The notes beneath the pieces are model-generated. The model saw only the letters and a list, made by a program, of their open reading frames with translations. It made no database searches and had not been told where the DNA came from. A stretch of DNA of 32,000 bases from Nostoc punctiforme PCC 73102 (lineage in GTDB: Bacteria; Cyanobacteriota; Cyanobacteriia; Cyanobacteriales; Nostocaceae): positions 990,001-1,022,000 of the forward strand of contig NC_010628.1 in assembly GCF_000020025.1 (NCBI RefSeq). The letters run 5' to 3'. This document shows positions 1 through 10,421 of the stretch, in pieces. Position 1 is the stretch's first letter, and every line of letters begins with the position of its first letter. The position numbers were made by a program, and so were the translations under genes.

Positions 1-881
1 ATTAAACTAAGTTCTTTCAGAACCCCTTCTAACTTTTGACTTACTTCTAAATCAGCTTCACATAGCGGTGGACGAGTTGAACCAACCTCCCAACCTTGGA
101 GTTTCAGCGCTTTTTTCACTGGAATGGGATTTGAAGTGAGAAATAAAGCTTTAAACAACGGGAAGAGTTGGAGATGAATGTCCCTTGCTACTTCAATTTT
201 TCCCGCACTAAAAGCTTGGATCATCTGCTGTAGTTGGTTTCCTACCAGATGAGAAGCCACACTTACCACACCCTTTGCCCCGATCGCTAACAAGGGCAAA
301 GTCATGTAATCATCACCAGAATAGATGTGGAATTCTTTTGGTGTCAAGCGACGAATTTCGCTTGCCTGATCTATGCTACCAGTGGATTCTTTAATCCCGA
401 CAATATTGCTAACCTCAGCTAACCGGGCAACTGTTTCTGGCTGAAGGTTTTGTCCGGTACGACCTGGGACATTGTATAACAACAATGGTAAGTCGGGACA
501 GGCTTGTGCTATTGCCTGAAAGTGAGCTTCCAATCCCGCTTGCGGCGGTTTGTTGTAATAAGGAACAACTTGTAAGGAACCATGTACTCCTATCTTAGAC
601 GCTTTTTGGGTGGCAGCGATCGCTTCTTTGGTGGAATTTGAACCACAACCTGCGATCACCTTGGCTTTTCCTGCCACGGACTGCAATACCTCGACAAACA
701 ACTGGTATTCCTCATCCCAACTCAAGGTAGGGGATTCTCCTGTTGTGCCGCACATCACCAATGTATCTGTACCGTTGTTAGCTAGATGCACTGCCAGTTC
801 TGCCGCTACACCATAATCTACACTACCGTCTGCTTTAAACGGTGTAATCATAGCGGTTAAAACATTACCAAAATCTCCCAC
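1..881 (-). CDS. dapA: 4-hydroxy-tetrahydrodipicolinate synthase (DapA); the 3' end runs off the window edge
   Basis: The minus-strand frame is open from position 1 to a GTG at 879-881, preceded by AGGAG. My translation reads [58 protein letters not shown]...[14 protein letters not shown]..., which carries typical DapA motifs ([13 protein letters not shown]). It is missing from the ORF track because the stop lies beyond base 1. It sits directly upstream of asd, as in many cyanobacteria. Confidence 0.85.
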   Translation of the reverse strand, partial: MGDFGNVLTAMITPFKADGSVDYGVAAELAVHLANNGTDTLVMCGTTGESPTLSWDEEYQLFVEVLQSVAGKAKVIAGCGSNSTKEAIAATQKASKIGVHGSLQVVPYYNKPPQAGLEAHFQAIAQACPDLPLLLYNVPGRTGQNLQPETVARLAEVSNIVGIKESTGSIDQASEIRRLTPKEFHIYSGDDYMTLPLLAIGAKGVVSVASHLVGNQLQQMIQAFSAGKIEVARDIHLQLFPLFKALFLTSNPIPVKKALKLQGWEVGSTRPPLCEADLEVSQKLEGVLKELSL

Positions 882-963
882 CCTGTTTTCACTCCTGATT
901 GCCCATGTTTTTATATCTTGGTGGTTTCCTATTGTAATAACCTATCTGCAAATTGCTTTCAAG

Positions 964-1019
964 TGTCATTTATCATTTGTCCTTTGTCACTTACCAATGA
1001 CTAATGACTAATAGCTAAT
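964..1019. repeat. STRR-like heptamer repeats (GTCATTT/ATCATTT ... GACTAAT GACTAAT AGCTAAT) forming an imperfect palindrome
   Basis: The heptamer periodicity is read directly from the sequence. The right arm overlaps the last codons and the stop of asd. The same family recurs at 10301-10374 and 14497-14564. Confidence 0.7.
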
Positions 1020-2038
1020 GGTTTGAGTAGATTTTTTTCTACCAATAACTCGGCGATTTGTATTGCATTCAATGCTGCGCCTTTGCGGATTTGGTCGCCG
1101 CATAACCATAATTCCAAGCCACAAGAATGAGAAATATCCTGACGGATTCTTCCCACTAAAACTTCATCTCTACCTGTTGCTTCAATTGGCATCGGAAAAT
1201 GATTAGTTTCCCAATCTTCTACCAATTTCACTCCAGGGGAGGAATTTAAAATTTCTCTGGCTTCCTCGGCACTAAAGGTAGTCTCAAATTCTAAATTAAT
1301 GGCTTCTGAATGGGCGCGGAGTACGGGAACCCGTATACAGGTCGCAGTGATTCTGATTTGCTGCGTGCCAAATATTTTTCGGGTTTCGTTGACCATTTTC
1401 ATCTCTTCCTCACAATAACCCAAATCATTTAATGGCGAGTTATGCGGGAATAAATTAAATGCCAATGGGTAAGGTAATACCTCAGCAACTGGCGGCTGTC
1501 CTTGTAGTATAGCGCTTGTTTGGGTTTTGACTTCTGCGATTGCTCTGGCACCAGCACCACTAGCAGATTGGTAGGTTGAAGCCACAATGCGTTGCACTGG
1601 TTTAACTTTATGCAATGGCCATACTGCCACAGTCATCAAAATTGTTGTGCAGTTGGGGTTAGCAATAATGCCTTGGTGATTAGCTGCGGCTTGTGGATTA
1701 ACCTCTGGTACTATTAGGGGAACTTCTGGGTTCATCCGAAAGGCACTGGAGTTGTCAATTACCACTGCACCCTTTGCCACGGCAACTGCTGCCCAAGTCT
1801 TAGATGTGGAACCACCCGCACTAGCTAGTACTATATCAACATTTTCAAAGGCGCGATCGCTCACTGGCTCTACTGGGATATTTTCCCCTTTGAACCGTAG
1901 CGATCGCCCGATACTACGCTCTGATGCCAATAACTTCAAGTCAGCAATCGGAAAATTACGGCTTTCTAATAATTCCAGCAACTCTGTGCCAACTGCACCA
2001 GTAGCTCCTAAAATAGCTAAACGATAGGATTTCGACAA
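1001..2038 (-). CDS. asd: aspartate-semialdehyde dehydrogenase
   Basis: 345-aa ORF. It has an N-terminal Rossmann motif (LAILGATGAVGTE) and the active-site Cys context IIANPNCTTILM typical of Asd. Confidence 0.93.
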   Translation of the reverse strand: MSKSYRLAILGATGAVGTELLELLESRNFPIADLKLLASERSIGRSLRFKGENIPVEPVSDRAFENVDIVLASAGGSTSKTWAAVAVAKGAVVIDNSSAFRMNPEVPLIVPEVNPQAAANHQGIIANPNCTTILMTVAVWPLHKVKPVQRIVASTYQSASGAGARAIAEVKTQTSAILQGQPPVAEVLPYPLAFNLFPHNSPLNDLGYCEEEMKMVNETRKIFGTQQIRITATCIRVPVLRAHSEAINLEFETTFSAEEAREILNSSPGVKLVEDWETNHFPMPIEATGRDEVLVGRIRQDISHSCGLELWLCGDQIRKGAALNAIQIAELLVEKNLLKPLAISH

Positions 2039-2922
2039 ACTTGCTTCCTCCTTTTAAGATACTTATCTGCAATTCTTTGGAACAATTGACAATTTGTTTA
2101 TATTTAAATAGCGATCGCAGTCTTGAAATAAATTTTGAATAGATTTAGATTTTCTATAATTTAGTCTATCTTTAATAGATTTAATAAATTTATTTAGTTG
2201 GTTATCTAATAAGTTAACTGATGTTGCACTTTACAACAACTGCCATTCAACTTTATTCATTTATCTAAACTATATTATAGTATTGTACAACAAAGCGCTA
2301 TCTAGCAGAAAAATACATATATCTGCACTTAGACGTTTGACCTGTAAGGTGAATAAACGTCTTGGCTGTAAAGTTGAGTTGCCAGCATGACGAATGTACT
2401 ATGATGCAAATGGTATAAAATTGGCAACCTATCAAATCGAGCTATGCGGCTAGGCAGCATATTTACTCCTGTACCACAATATAGCTAGACTCAATGCTAT
2501 AACTTTGAAGTACTAAACTACTGGCTGAAAATCAGAATATCACGGTGTTAGCCCACCGAATAATGAATTCTTGACTTTCCAGTGTTAAATTCAGACTAAT
2601 TGAAAATTACGGACTGGGGAATAGGGATAAAAATCTTCCCAATCCGCAATGATTCAGCACTTATTACAAATACTAGGCAAGAAACCCCAGACGTTCTTAG
2701 CCCTGGGAGTGTCAATAATTGTTATGACGGTAAATTGTCAAGTCCTTGGCCATTGGCAGTAAACTGGATCTCTGTGCCAGGACACACCATCCATCCTTGG
2801 ATGTCATGAAGCCTTGTGACAACCTCCCCTCCTCCCTAAGAGACATCAAGCCATAAACGCGAAAAATTATTGCGTCTTGTGTGTACTCGGAGATTAAAAT
2901 ACCAGAAAACTAGAGACGAAGC

Positions 2923-4365
2923 ATGAAAGTTACCCAGGAAAAACTTCCCGCCAGCCAAATTGGCCTGGAAATAGAGATTACGCCGGAAATTACCAAGCAA
3001 ACTTACGAACAGGTCATTAAAAACTTAGCGAGTACTGCCAATATTCCTGGGTTTCGTAGAGGCAAGGTACCTCGGCCGATATTACTACAAAGGCTGGGTA
3101 CAACTCGTATCAAGGCAGCAGCCTTGGAAGAACTAATTCAAGACGGTATTGAGCAAGCAGTTAAACAAGAAGCTATCCCGGCAATAGGTCAGCCCCAATT
3201 GCGCTCCTCCTTTGAGGATTTGATTAATAATTATGAACCTGGAAAACCCCTGACGATTTTGGCCGCTGTCGATGTAGAACCAGAAGTAAATCTAGTGCAG
3301 TACACCGATTTGCTTTTCCAAGCTGAAGAAGTCAAGTACGATCCAGAACAAGTGGATAGTAGCCTCGAGAAGGAACGTCAAGAATTAGCGACATTAATTC
3401 CTGTGGAAGGACGTTCAGCGCAAATCGGTGATATTGCGGTAGTCGATTTTAAAGGCTCATTCGCCAAAGCCGAGGGCGAAGACGAAACAGCTGAACTAGA
3501 ACCTATTCCGGGAGCCGAAGCAACTGATTTTCAAGTTGAGTTACAGGAAGATAAGTTTATTCCAGGCTTTATTTCGGGAATAGTCGGGATGAATCCTGAA
3601 GAAACTAGAGAAATTGCGGCGCAGTTCCCAGATCCATATGCTAATGAAGATTTAGCTGGAAAAGCGGCAACTTTCATAGTGACGCTCAAAGAACTGAAGG
3701 AAAAGGAACTACCAGAAATAAATGACGATTTCGCCCAGGAAATCAGCGATTTTGAAACTTTAGAGGAGTTACGCGCTTCTTTGGTAGAGCGATATCAAAA
3801 AGAGGCGGATGACAAAACAAAAACAAATAAGCAGGAAGCGTTGTTAACGGAACTGCTCAAGCACGTAGAAGTTGACTTACCACTAACCTTGGTTGAGCAA
3901 GAAGTGGATGCAATGCTAACGCAAACAGCAATGCGCCTGTCTCAGCAGGGATTAGATGTGAGGAAGTTGTTTACTCAAGATATTATTCCTCAATTGCGGG
4001 AGCGATCGCGTACTGAAGCCATCGAACGCATTAAACGTTCCTTGTCCTTGCGGGAAGTTGGTAAACGCGAATCTATTGAGGTAACACCAGAAGAAATCGG
4101 AGTCAGAGTCAAAGAACTTTTGGAACAATACCCAGAGGAAAAAGAGGTTGATGAAGATAGATTACGCTCAATTGTGGAAAACGAACTATTAACCGAAAAA
4201 ACCATCGATTGGCTCTTAGAACATTCCTCAGTTGAACTTGTACCCGAAGGCTCCTTGAGTCCCGCAGAGGAAACGGAAGCCGCAGAATCAGATGCTGATG
4301 CTGATGTATCTCAGACAGAGCAAGAAAACAGCGAACCTTCTACAACAGAAGTCACAGAAGGATAA
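2923..4365 (+). CDS. tig: trigger factor (ribosome-associated chaperone/PPIase)
   Basis: 480 aa. It carries the ribosome-binding signature IPGFRRGKVP near the N-terminus, a central FKBP-like segment and an acidic C-terminal tail. The tig-clpP-clpX synteny is conserved. Confidence 0.93.
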   Translation: MKVTQEKLPASQIGLEIEITPEITKQTYEQVIKNLASTANIPGFRRGKVPRPILLQRLGTTRIKAAALEELIQDGIEQAVKQEAIPAIGQPQLRSSFEDLINNYEPGKPLTILAAVDVEPEVNLVQYTDLLFQAEEVKYDPEQVDSSLEKERQELATLIPVEGRSAQIGDIAVVDFKGSFAKAEGEDETAELEPIPGAEATDFQVELQEDKFIPGFISGIVGMNPEETREIAAQFPDPYANEDLAGKAATFIVTLKELKEKELPEINDDFAQEISDFETLEELRASLVERYQKEADDKTKTNKQEALLTELLKHVEVDLPLTLVEQEVDAMLTQTAMRLSQQGLDVRKLFTQDIIPQLRERSRTEAIERIKRSLSLREVGKRESIEVTPEEIGVRVKELLEQYPEEKEVDEDRLRSIVENELLTEKTIDWLLEHSSVELVPEGSLSPAEETEAAESDADADVSQTEQENSEPSTTEVTEG

Positions 4366-4387
4366 TAAAAAATCCCAAAGCCATAAG

Positions 4388-4418
4388 TTCACCAGTCCTG
4401 AGTTAAAGTACTGGTGAA
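4388..4418 (+). terminator. stem-loop downstream of tig (9-bp perfect stem TTCACCAGT/ACTGGTGAA)
   Basis: The inverted repeat is read directly, 23 nt after the tig stop. No clear U-tract follows, so terminator function is uncertain. Confidence 0.35.
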
Positions 4419-4675
4419 ATGGGTAAGGTAAGGGAACAGGGACAAAAATAACCAATCCCCAATACCCACTGGGATAAAGTCAAAATAATTTAAAGAATTA
4501 ATGAATTTTTGGCAAATTGTGACACATGTTATGGACTGAGCTTGATACTGTGTTACACGAGAGGAAGTTATATGAGGCATAATGGTTAACACGTAGCTAT
4601 AAAAATTCCATTCGTCGAAAAGGCAGCATTTGCTGCTGAAACATTTGTCCTAAATTATCGTCACAGAAAGCCTGT

Positions 4676-5374
4676 ATGTTTGTATCGCAGTCGGGAAACT
4701 ACCCCATCAGCAACCAAAGTCGAATAAACATTAACTCCCAGTTGAACAGCCCTAGCAACATCGTGCCGATGGTGGTAGAACAGTCCGGCATGGGAGAAAG
4801 GGCTTTCGACATCTACTCCCGCCTGCTGCGAGAGCGGATTATCTTTTTGGGAACGCCAATAGACGATGCCGTAGCCAACTCAATTGTGGCTCAATTGTTA
4901 TTCCTAGATTCCGAAGACTCAGAGAAAGACATTCAAATGTATGTTAATTCTCCTGGCGGCTCGGTCTACGCAGGTATGGCAATCTATGATACAATACAGC
5001 AAATTCGCCCTGATGTTGTTACCATCTGTTTTGGATTAGCCGCGAGTATGGGGGCATTTTTGTTAACAGCAGGGGCTGCCGGTAAGCGAATGTCTCTGCC
5101 TGACTCCCGGATTATGATTCACCAACCACTTGGTGGCGCTCAAGGTCAAGCTATTGACATTGAAATTCAAGCCAGAGAAATTCTTTACGTTAAGGCTAAG
5201 TTGAATCAGTTAATGTCTCATCATACTGGTCAACCCTTAGAAAGAATTGAAGCAGATACTGAGCGCGACTTTTTCATGTCGGCAGAAGAGGCGAAAAACT
5301 ACGGTTTGATTGATCAGGTCATTTCCAGGCAAAATCTTCCCACAGCAGGGGAAAACGTCACCATTCTGAAATAA
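4676..5374 (+). CDS. clpP: ATP-dependent Clp protease proteolytic subunit
   Basis: The ClpP core is present: [19 protein letters not shown], Ser nucleophile context [11 protein letters not shown], and His context IMIHQPLGG. The long N-terminal extension means the true start could be further downstream. Confidence 0.9.
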   Translation: MFVSQSGNYPISNQSRININSQLNSPSNIVPMVVEQSGMGERAFDIYSRLLRERIIFLGTPIDDAVANSIVAQLLFLDSEDSEKDIQMYVNSPGGSVYAGMAIYDTIQQIRPDVVTICFGLAASMGAFLLTAGAAGKRMSLPDSRIMIHQPLGGAQGQAIDIEIQAREILYVKAKLNQLMSHHTGQPLERIEADTERDFFMSAEEAKNYGLIDQVISRQNLPTAGENVTILK

Positions 5375-5383
5375 GAGGCTGGT

Positions 5384-6724
5384 ATGTCTAAGTACGACTC
5401 CCATTTAAAATGTTCGTTTTGCGGCAAGTCTCAGGAGCAGGTGCGTAAGTTAATCGCAGGGCCGGGAGTCTACATCTGCGATGAGTGCGTTGACTTGTGT
5501 AATGAAATACTAGACGAAGAGTTACTCGATACCAATGGTGCAGCAGCACAACCGACACCAAGAGCAGAACCACCTCAAAAACGGCGTACTCAATCTTCTA
5601 GTATTTCGTTTAATCAAATACCCAAGCCAAGAGAGATTAAAAAGTATCTAGACGAACACGTTATTGGTCAAGACGAAGCCAAGAAAGTCCTGTCGGTAGC
5701 CGTTTACAATCACTACAAGCGGTTGGCAGTCATTCAGTCCAAAGCCACTGGCAAAGCAGCGGCAGATGATGCTGTAGAACTGCAAAAGTCCAATATTTTG
5801 TTAATCGGTCCGACTGGTTGCGGCAAAACTCTTTTAGCGCAAACCCTAGCGAAAATCCTAGATGTCCCCTTTGCCGTTGCTGATGCTACGACACTGACGG
5901 AAGCGGGGTATGTGGGAGAAGATGTAGAAAATATCTTGCTGCGACTGTTGCAAGTGGCAGATTTGGATATAGAGGAAGCGCAGCGAGGAATTATCTACAT
6001 TGATGAAATTGACAAAATTGCTCGCAAGAGTGAGAACCCGTCAATTACCCGCGATGTTTCTGGCGAAGGCGTGCAGCAAGCCTTGCTGAAAATGTTAGAG
6101 GGAACGATCGCCAATGTACCACCCCAAGGTGGGCGCAAGCATCCCTATCAAGACTGTATCCAAATTGATACAAGTAATATTTTGTTCGTCTGTGGTGGTG
6201 CTTTCGTAGGCTTAGAAAAGGTTGTGGATCAGAGAGTTGGCAAAAAAGCAATAGGCTTTGTGCAACCTGGAGAAGGCCAAACGAAAGAAAAGCGGGCAGC
6301 AGATACTCTCCGCCATTTAGCACCGGACGATCTAGTAAAATTTGGCATGATTCCAGAATTTATTGGGCGGGTGCCAATGGTAGCAGTAGTAGATCCGCTA
6401 GATGAAGAAGCGCTAATGGCGATTCTCACCCAGCCACGCAGCGCCTTAGTGAAGCAGTACCAAAAACTGCTGAAGATGGATAATGTCCAGTTAGATTTTA
6501 AACCAGATGCTTTACGAGCGATCGCTCAAGAAGCCTACCGTCGTAAAACTGGTGCTAGAGCGCTGCGGGGCATTGTCGAAGAACTTATGCTGGATGTAAT
6601 GTACGAGTTACCATCCCGTAAGGATGTGACACGTTGTACAGTAACACGGGAGATGGTCGAGAAGCGATCGACTGCCGAACTGATAATACATCCATCTTCA
6701 CTACCGAAACCAGAATCAGCATAA
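5384..6724 (+). CDS. clpX: ATP-dependent Clp protease ATP-binding subunit ClpX
   Basis: N-terminal zinc ribbon (CSFCGK...CDEC), Walker A (GPTGCGKT) and Walker B (IIYIDEIDK). It starts 10 nt after clpP. Confidence 0.95.
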   Translation: MSKYDSHLKCSFCGKSQEQVRKLIAGPGVYICDECVDLCNEILDEELLDTNGAAAQPTPRAEPPQKRRTQSSSISFNQIPKPREIKKYLDEHVIGQDEAKKVLSVAVYNHYKRLAVIQSKATGKAAADDAVELQKSNILLIGPTGCGKTLLAQTLAKILDVPFAVADATTLTEAGYVGEDVENILLRLLQVADLDIEEAQRGIIYIDEIDKIARKSENPSITRDVSGEGVQQALLKMLEGTIANVPPQGGRKHPYQDCIQIDTSNILFVCGGAFVGLEKVVDQRVGKKAIGFVQPGEGQTKEKRAADTLRHLAPDDLVKFGMIPEFIGRVPMVAVVDPLDEEALMAILTQPRSALVKQYQKLLKMDNVQLDFKPDALRAIAQEAYRRKTGARALRGIVEELMLDVMYELPSRKDVTRCTVTREMVEKRSTAELIIHPSSLPKPESA

Positions 6725-6727
6725 ATC

Positions 6728-6827
6728 AGTGCTGAGTGTTGAATGTTGAGTGAAGTTAGGAGTGAAGAGTGTAAAATGAGTAATTAACTCAAAACTCGAA
6801 ATTAAAACTCCTAACTCCTAACTCTCA
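6728..6827. repeat. heptamer-type intergenic palindrome (GCTGAGTG/TTGAGTG/GTTAGGAGTG ... CTCCTAACTCCTAACTCTC)
   Basis: The complementary arms are read directly between clpX and the hydrolase gene. It probably forms a hairpin that acts as a terminator or mRNA stabiliser. Confidence 0.5.
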
Positions 6828-6830
6828 AAA

Positions 6831-7751
6831 ATGCCTTATATTAAAATTCGTGGCGTTGACCATTACTACGAATGGGTGAAAAAACCATCTGGTTCTTTGG
6901 TAAAACCAGTGATGGTTTTCATGCATGGTTGGGCTGGTTCGGCTAGGTATTGGCAAAATACTGCTAATGCTTTATCAGAGCAATTTGATTGTTTACTGTA
7001 CGATTTGCGTGGATTTGGCCGTTCTCGTGGGAAACCAACCATAGCCCAAGCCAGTGAAGCTGTTGCCGAATCTGAGTCCTCGCAGGAAGAATCAGAGGCA
7101 ATCAGAGAGTTGACTTATGAATTAGAAGAATACGCTGATGATTTGGCAGCTTTGTTAGACGGTCTGCATCTTCAGCGTGTTTATATCAATGCTCACTCGA
7201 TGGGCGCGTCTATTGCTACTTTATTTTTTAACCGCTACCCCCAACGAGTGGAACGAGGAATTTTAACCTGTAGCGGCATTTTTGAGTACGACGAAAAATC
7301 TTTTAGTGCCTTTCATAAATTCGGTGGCTATGTGGTGAAATTCCGGCCCAAGTGGTTAAGCAAAATTCCATTTGTCGACCGGATGTTTATGGCGAGATTT
7401 TTATATAGTTCGATACCACATTCTGAGCGTCAAGCTTTTTTACAAGATTTTCTCGAAGCAGATTACGATGCAGCTTTGGGTACAATTTTTACTTCCGTTA
7501 GTAAGGCTCAATCTGAAGTGATGCCGCTTGAGTTTGCCAAGCTGACAGTGCCGACTCTGCTCGTGGCGGGAGAGTATGACAAAATTATTCCGGCCGAGAT
7601 GGGGCGTAAAGCAGCTGCACTGAATGACAAAGTTAAATTTGTGATGATTCCTAACACAGCACATTTCCCGATGTTGGAAGATGCTCCAACTTATATGCAA
7701 GTGGTGCAAGAGTTTTTGCAAATTAATATCCCACAACCGCAAGCCAAATAG
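6831..7751 (+). CDS. alpha/beta-fold hydrolase
   Basis: 306 aa. It has an HGW oxyanion-region motif (VFMHGWAGS), the nucleophile elbow NAHSMGAS (G-x-S-x-G type) and a C-terminal AHFP His context. Confidence 0.8.
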   Translation: MPYIKIRGVDHYYEWVKKPSGSLVKPVMVFMHGWAGSARYWQNTANALSEQFDCLLYDLRGFGRSRGKPTIAQASEAVAESESSQEESEAIRELTYELEEYADDLAALLDGLHLQRVYINAHSMGASIATLFFNRYPQRVERGILTCSGIFEYDEKSFSAFHKFGGYVVKFRPKWLSKIPFVDRMFMARFLYSSIPHSERQAFLQDFLEADYDAALGTIFTSVSKAQSEVMPLEFAKLTVPTLLVAGEYDKIIPAEMGRKAAALNDKVKFVMIPNTAHFPMLEDAPTYMQVVQEFLQINIPQPQAK

Positions 7752-7764
7752 CTGATAGTGGTTT

Positions 7765-8268
7765 TTAGACAGTTAAGTGTACCTGTGTGATACCTTGACG
7801 CATTTTATATTGTCGCTTTAACCAAGACTTTTTAATTATTTTACGGAGCAAGGGAGCGAGTTGACTCAACAGCGATCGCAACAGTGCATTTTTTCGCAGT
7901 AGTTCGCCTTGTTTAGCTTCCTCTAACTGGAGTTGCAGGGCGCGGATAATTTCTGGCTCACGTTCTGCTTGGATGTGCGATAGTGCCATATCAATGTCCT
8001 GGTGTTCGGCTTCTTTGTGCAACAACGGCACAAGATGATTAGCAGCGACAATCACATCACGCAATGCTAAATTAATTCCTTGAGCGCGGACAGGAGACAT
8101 TGGGTGTGCCGCGTCACCCAGAAGCAATACCCCTGGTGCGTGCCATTGGGGACAATAACCTGCGCCTACAATCACAATCTGCACTACCTTAGCCCTCCCG
8201 TATTGGTTGTTCTCAAAGGTGTTCTGCACTAGTTCCAGAATAACGAACCACAGAGGCGCAGAGAACAC
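7765..8268 (-). pseudogene. truncated FAD-dependent monooxygenase (UbiH/PHBH-type) remnant
   Basis: The 167-aa ORF retains only the C-terminal FAD-contact motif LLLGDAAHPMSPVRAQGINLALRDV. The N-terminal GxGxxG Rossmann half (about 200 aa in this family) is absent. Only 40 bp separate the ORF from the next gene. Confidence 0.6.
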
Positions 8269-8308
8269 AGAGAAATGAGAGTTTGAGAGTATTTTACGTA
8301 AGTCGTAA

Positions 8309-9298
8309 TTAACTCAAACCTAGTTCTCGTTTTAGCAAGTTAATCGAGTTAGTGCCGATATAATTTTCAACCTTAATCAGCTTCGGTGGACGAATAATAT
8401 CTTCATCAGATGCTTGTACGGCTGCTTGCACTGCCCCAAAACTGGCTTGATCGCTGATGATTACCTCAGCCCGTTTAACCATTGCCTGAAGTTTATAAGC
8501 ATCTTTTGGTTGTGCAGTCATCACTAATAGTTCATCTCCCCGCAGACCGTGGAGGATGACTTCTGCTGCTCGTGCAATCCCGGAACTGAGGCTAACTATG
8601 CCTACACAGTTTTCTTTTGGTAGGGTTTTCAAGAGGCTGAGTTCTTTGCTGTAGTCGTAGATATCCAGAGGAATTACCCGTGCAGCTTTAGGAGCTGCGA
8701 TCGCTTCCACATTACTAATAAAATACCGACTTGTGACTACTGTCGCAGAGGTAGTTTTATCTAACACTGCTGTTAATTCTTCCATTGCTACTAACTGCAC
8801 TGGGATTTTTAGCGATCGCTCCAATTCATAGACCATCAACTCACCAGCACCCATGTCATAGGATGGAACTGCAACTAGTACCCGCGCACTACAACGCAAG
8901 CGCCAGTCGATTTCTGCTAAAAATAGCTCTCTGGCTTGATTGAGCGAACATCCTTGAGAGAGCAGATCGTCAAGTGCTTGCTGGACAACTTGATATGCAT
9001 CAGGGTTTTGTTTGAGAATTGGTGATTGCAGCCTACTACCGCCCTCATGACCTTGGGCACGAACATAAATACCCGAACCAGCCATACTTTCAACAAATCC
9101 GTCTTCCTCCAGTTGACGGTAAACTTTGCTAATGGTATTACGGTGTAATCCCGTTTGCATTGCCAGCGCCCGTGTGCTTGGCAATTTGTAAGCAGGGGGA
9201 TATTGCCGCGAAGCGATCGCAAAGCGGATTTGATTAAACAGCTGGGTTGATGCGGGAATTTCGCTGTCTGGCTGAATACGGAATTGAATCACCACCAA
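8309..9298 (-). CDS. plmA: GntR-family transcriptional regulator, cyanobacterial PlmA-like
   Basis: 329 aa. The N-terminal GntR winged helix reads PSTRALAMQTGLHRNTISKVYRQLEEDGFVESMAGSGIYV. The long non-aminotransferase C-terminal domain and overall size match the cyanobacteria-specific PlmA subfamily as I remember it. Confidence 0.6.
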   Translation of the reverse strand: MVVIQFRIQPDSEIPASTQLFNQIRFAIASRQYPPAYKLPSTRALAMQTGLHRNTISKVYRQLEEDGFVESMAGSGIYVRAQGHEGGSRLQSPILKQNPDAYQVVQQALDDLLSQGCSLNQARELFLAEIDWRLRCSARVLVAVPSYDMGAGELMVYELERSLKIPVQLVAMEELTAVLDKTTSATVVTSRYFISNVEAIAAPKAARVIPLDIYDYSKELSLLKTLPKENCVGIVSLSSGIARAAEVILHGLRGDELLVMTAQPKDAYKLQAMVKRAEVIISDQASFGAVQAAVQASDEDIIRPPKLIKVENYIGTNSINLLKRELGLS

Positions 9299-9559
9299 AC
9301 CTCCTGAATACTAAGTGCTGAGTGATAAGTGCTGAGTTTTTGGTATTAAATATTTACTTTTATACATAGCACTCCTTTAGTGACCAGCTGTATTTGCTAC
9401 ATATCAAAATATTTGATTTACAAATAAAATTTTTCTGGTAGAAATTTTTAATGCGCTCACTATGGTATTTGGTAATTCTATTGGAAATAACCTCGGGATA
9501 CTGGCATAGTTATATCAAACAAACACACCGTTAATCACATAACACGGGTAAAAATTATT

Positions 9560-10300
9560 ATGGCAGAGCAAGCAATAATTACCACAACGGTTAATCTTTT
9601 GCAAGATAATATTCAAGTGTCAGCATATCTGGCAGAACCAAAAGAACCTGGATCTTACCCAGGAATCGTGGTCTTACAAGAGATTTTTGGTGTCAACGTT
9701 CACATTCGGGATGTTACAGAACGGATTGCCAAACTTGGGTATGTAGCGATCGCACCTGCACTTTTTCAACGCACTGCTCCTGGCTTTGAAACCGGATACA
9801 CACCCGAAGATATTGAAACGGGCAGAGGCTATGCCATGCAAACTCAAGCCTCAGAGTTATTGAGCGATATTCAATTAGCAATTGACTACCTCAAAAATCT
9901 GCCCCAAGTAAAAAAAGATAGTTTTGGCTGTATTGGCTTTTGCTTTGGCGGTCATGTCGCATATCTTGCAGCCACTTTACCAGATATTAAAGCTACGGCT
10001 TCCTTCTACGGTGCTGGAATTACCACCCGCACGCCAGGAGGTGGTCCTCCCACTGTTACCCGCACCAGAGAGATTCCAGGCACTCTCTATGCCTTCTTTG
10101 GTAAAGAAGATGCTAGCATCCCACCCGAACAAGTAGATGAGATTGAAGCAGAGTTAGAAAAATATAAAATTCCTCATCGTGTGTTTCGCTACGATGGAGC
10201 TGATCACGGATTTTTCTGTGACCTTCGTGCCAGTTATAATCCTAAAGCTGCTGCTGATGCTTGGGAGCAAGCCAAACAACTCTTTAGTCAACTGAACTAG
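9560..10300 (+). CDS. dienelactone hydrolase family protein
   Basis: 246 aa. It has GIVVLQEIFGVN, the nucleophile motif GCIGFCFGG and a C-terminal ADHGF, all typical of the DLH family. Confidence 0.85.
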   Translation: MAEQAIITTTVNLLQDNIQVSAYLAEPKEPGSYPGIVVLQEIFGVNVHIRDVTERIAKLGYVAIAPALFQRTAPGFETGYTPEDIETGRGYAMQTQASELLSDIQLAIDYLKNLPQVKKDSFGCIGFCFGGHVAYLAATLPDIKATASFYGAGITTRTPGGGPPTVTRTREIPGTLYAFFGKEDASIPPEQVDEIEAELEKYKIPHRVFRYDGADHGFFCDLRASYNPKAAADAWEQAKQLFSQLN

Positions 10301-10374
10301 TCATTAGTCATTAGTCATTAGTGAATAATAAAGGACAACTGACGAATGACAAATGACAAGTGACTAATGACAAT
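10301..10374. repeat. STRR-like heptamer palindrome ((TCATTAG)x3 ... GACGAAT GACAAAT GACAAGT GACTAAT GACAAT)
   Basis: Read directly. The two arms are reverse complements, so they should form a long hairpin immediately after the DLH stop codon. Confidence 0.75.
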
Positions 10375-10421
10375 CTAAACCCAGTTGCACCATCTCAAAT
10401 AACAATTAATCTTCAAAAGTC

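Noticed and set aside
610-816. 68-aa + strand ORF in the track
   Set aside because: It lies entirely antisense to the well-supported dapA reading frame. Its composition is a mirror image of dapA codons and it has no recognisable motifs.
1752-2027. Shadow ORFs antisense to confident genes. These are 1752-2027, 3990-4205, 5388-5573, 6045-6429, 7440-7742, 8917-9222, 9924-10136, 10641-10874, 11613-11804, 13566-13757, 14010-14264, 14648-14881, 17674-17983, 19237-20048, 22880-23164, 25084-25275, 26287-26520, 27415-28911, 29865-30488 and 30790-31272.
   Set aside because: Each overlaps a longer ORF that has clear family motifs, either on the opposite strand or in another frame. The translations are low-complexity or Cys/Arg/Ser-rich in the way non-coding frames typically are, and none has a recognisable domain.
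2600-2809. 69-aa ORF (TTG start) in the long asd-tig intergenic region
   Set aside because: It has a non-ATG start, no SD, no recognisable motif, and W/P/C-rich content. The 880-bp AT-rich spacer is more likely a promoter/5'-UTR region. I also saw no convincing tRNA or known ncRNA signature there.
4389-4592. 67-aa minus-strand ORF between tig and clpP
   Set aside because: It has no motifs and overlaps the tig stem-loop. It is most likely a chance ORF in an intergenic region.
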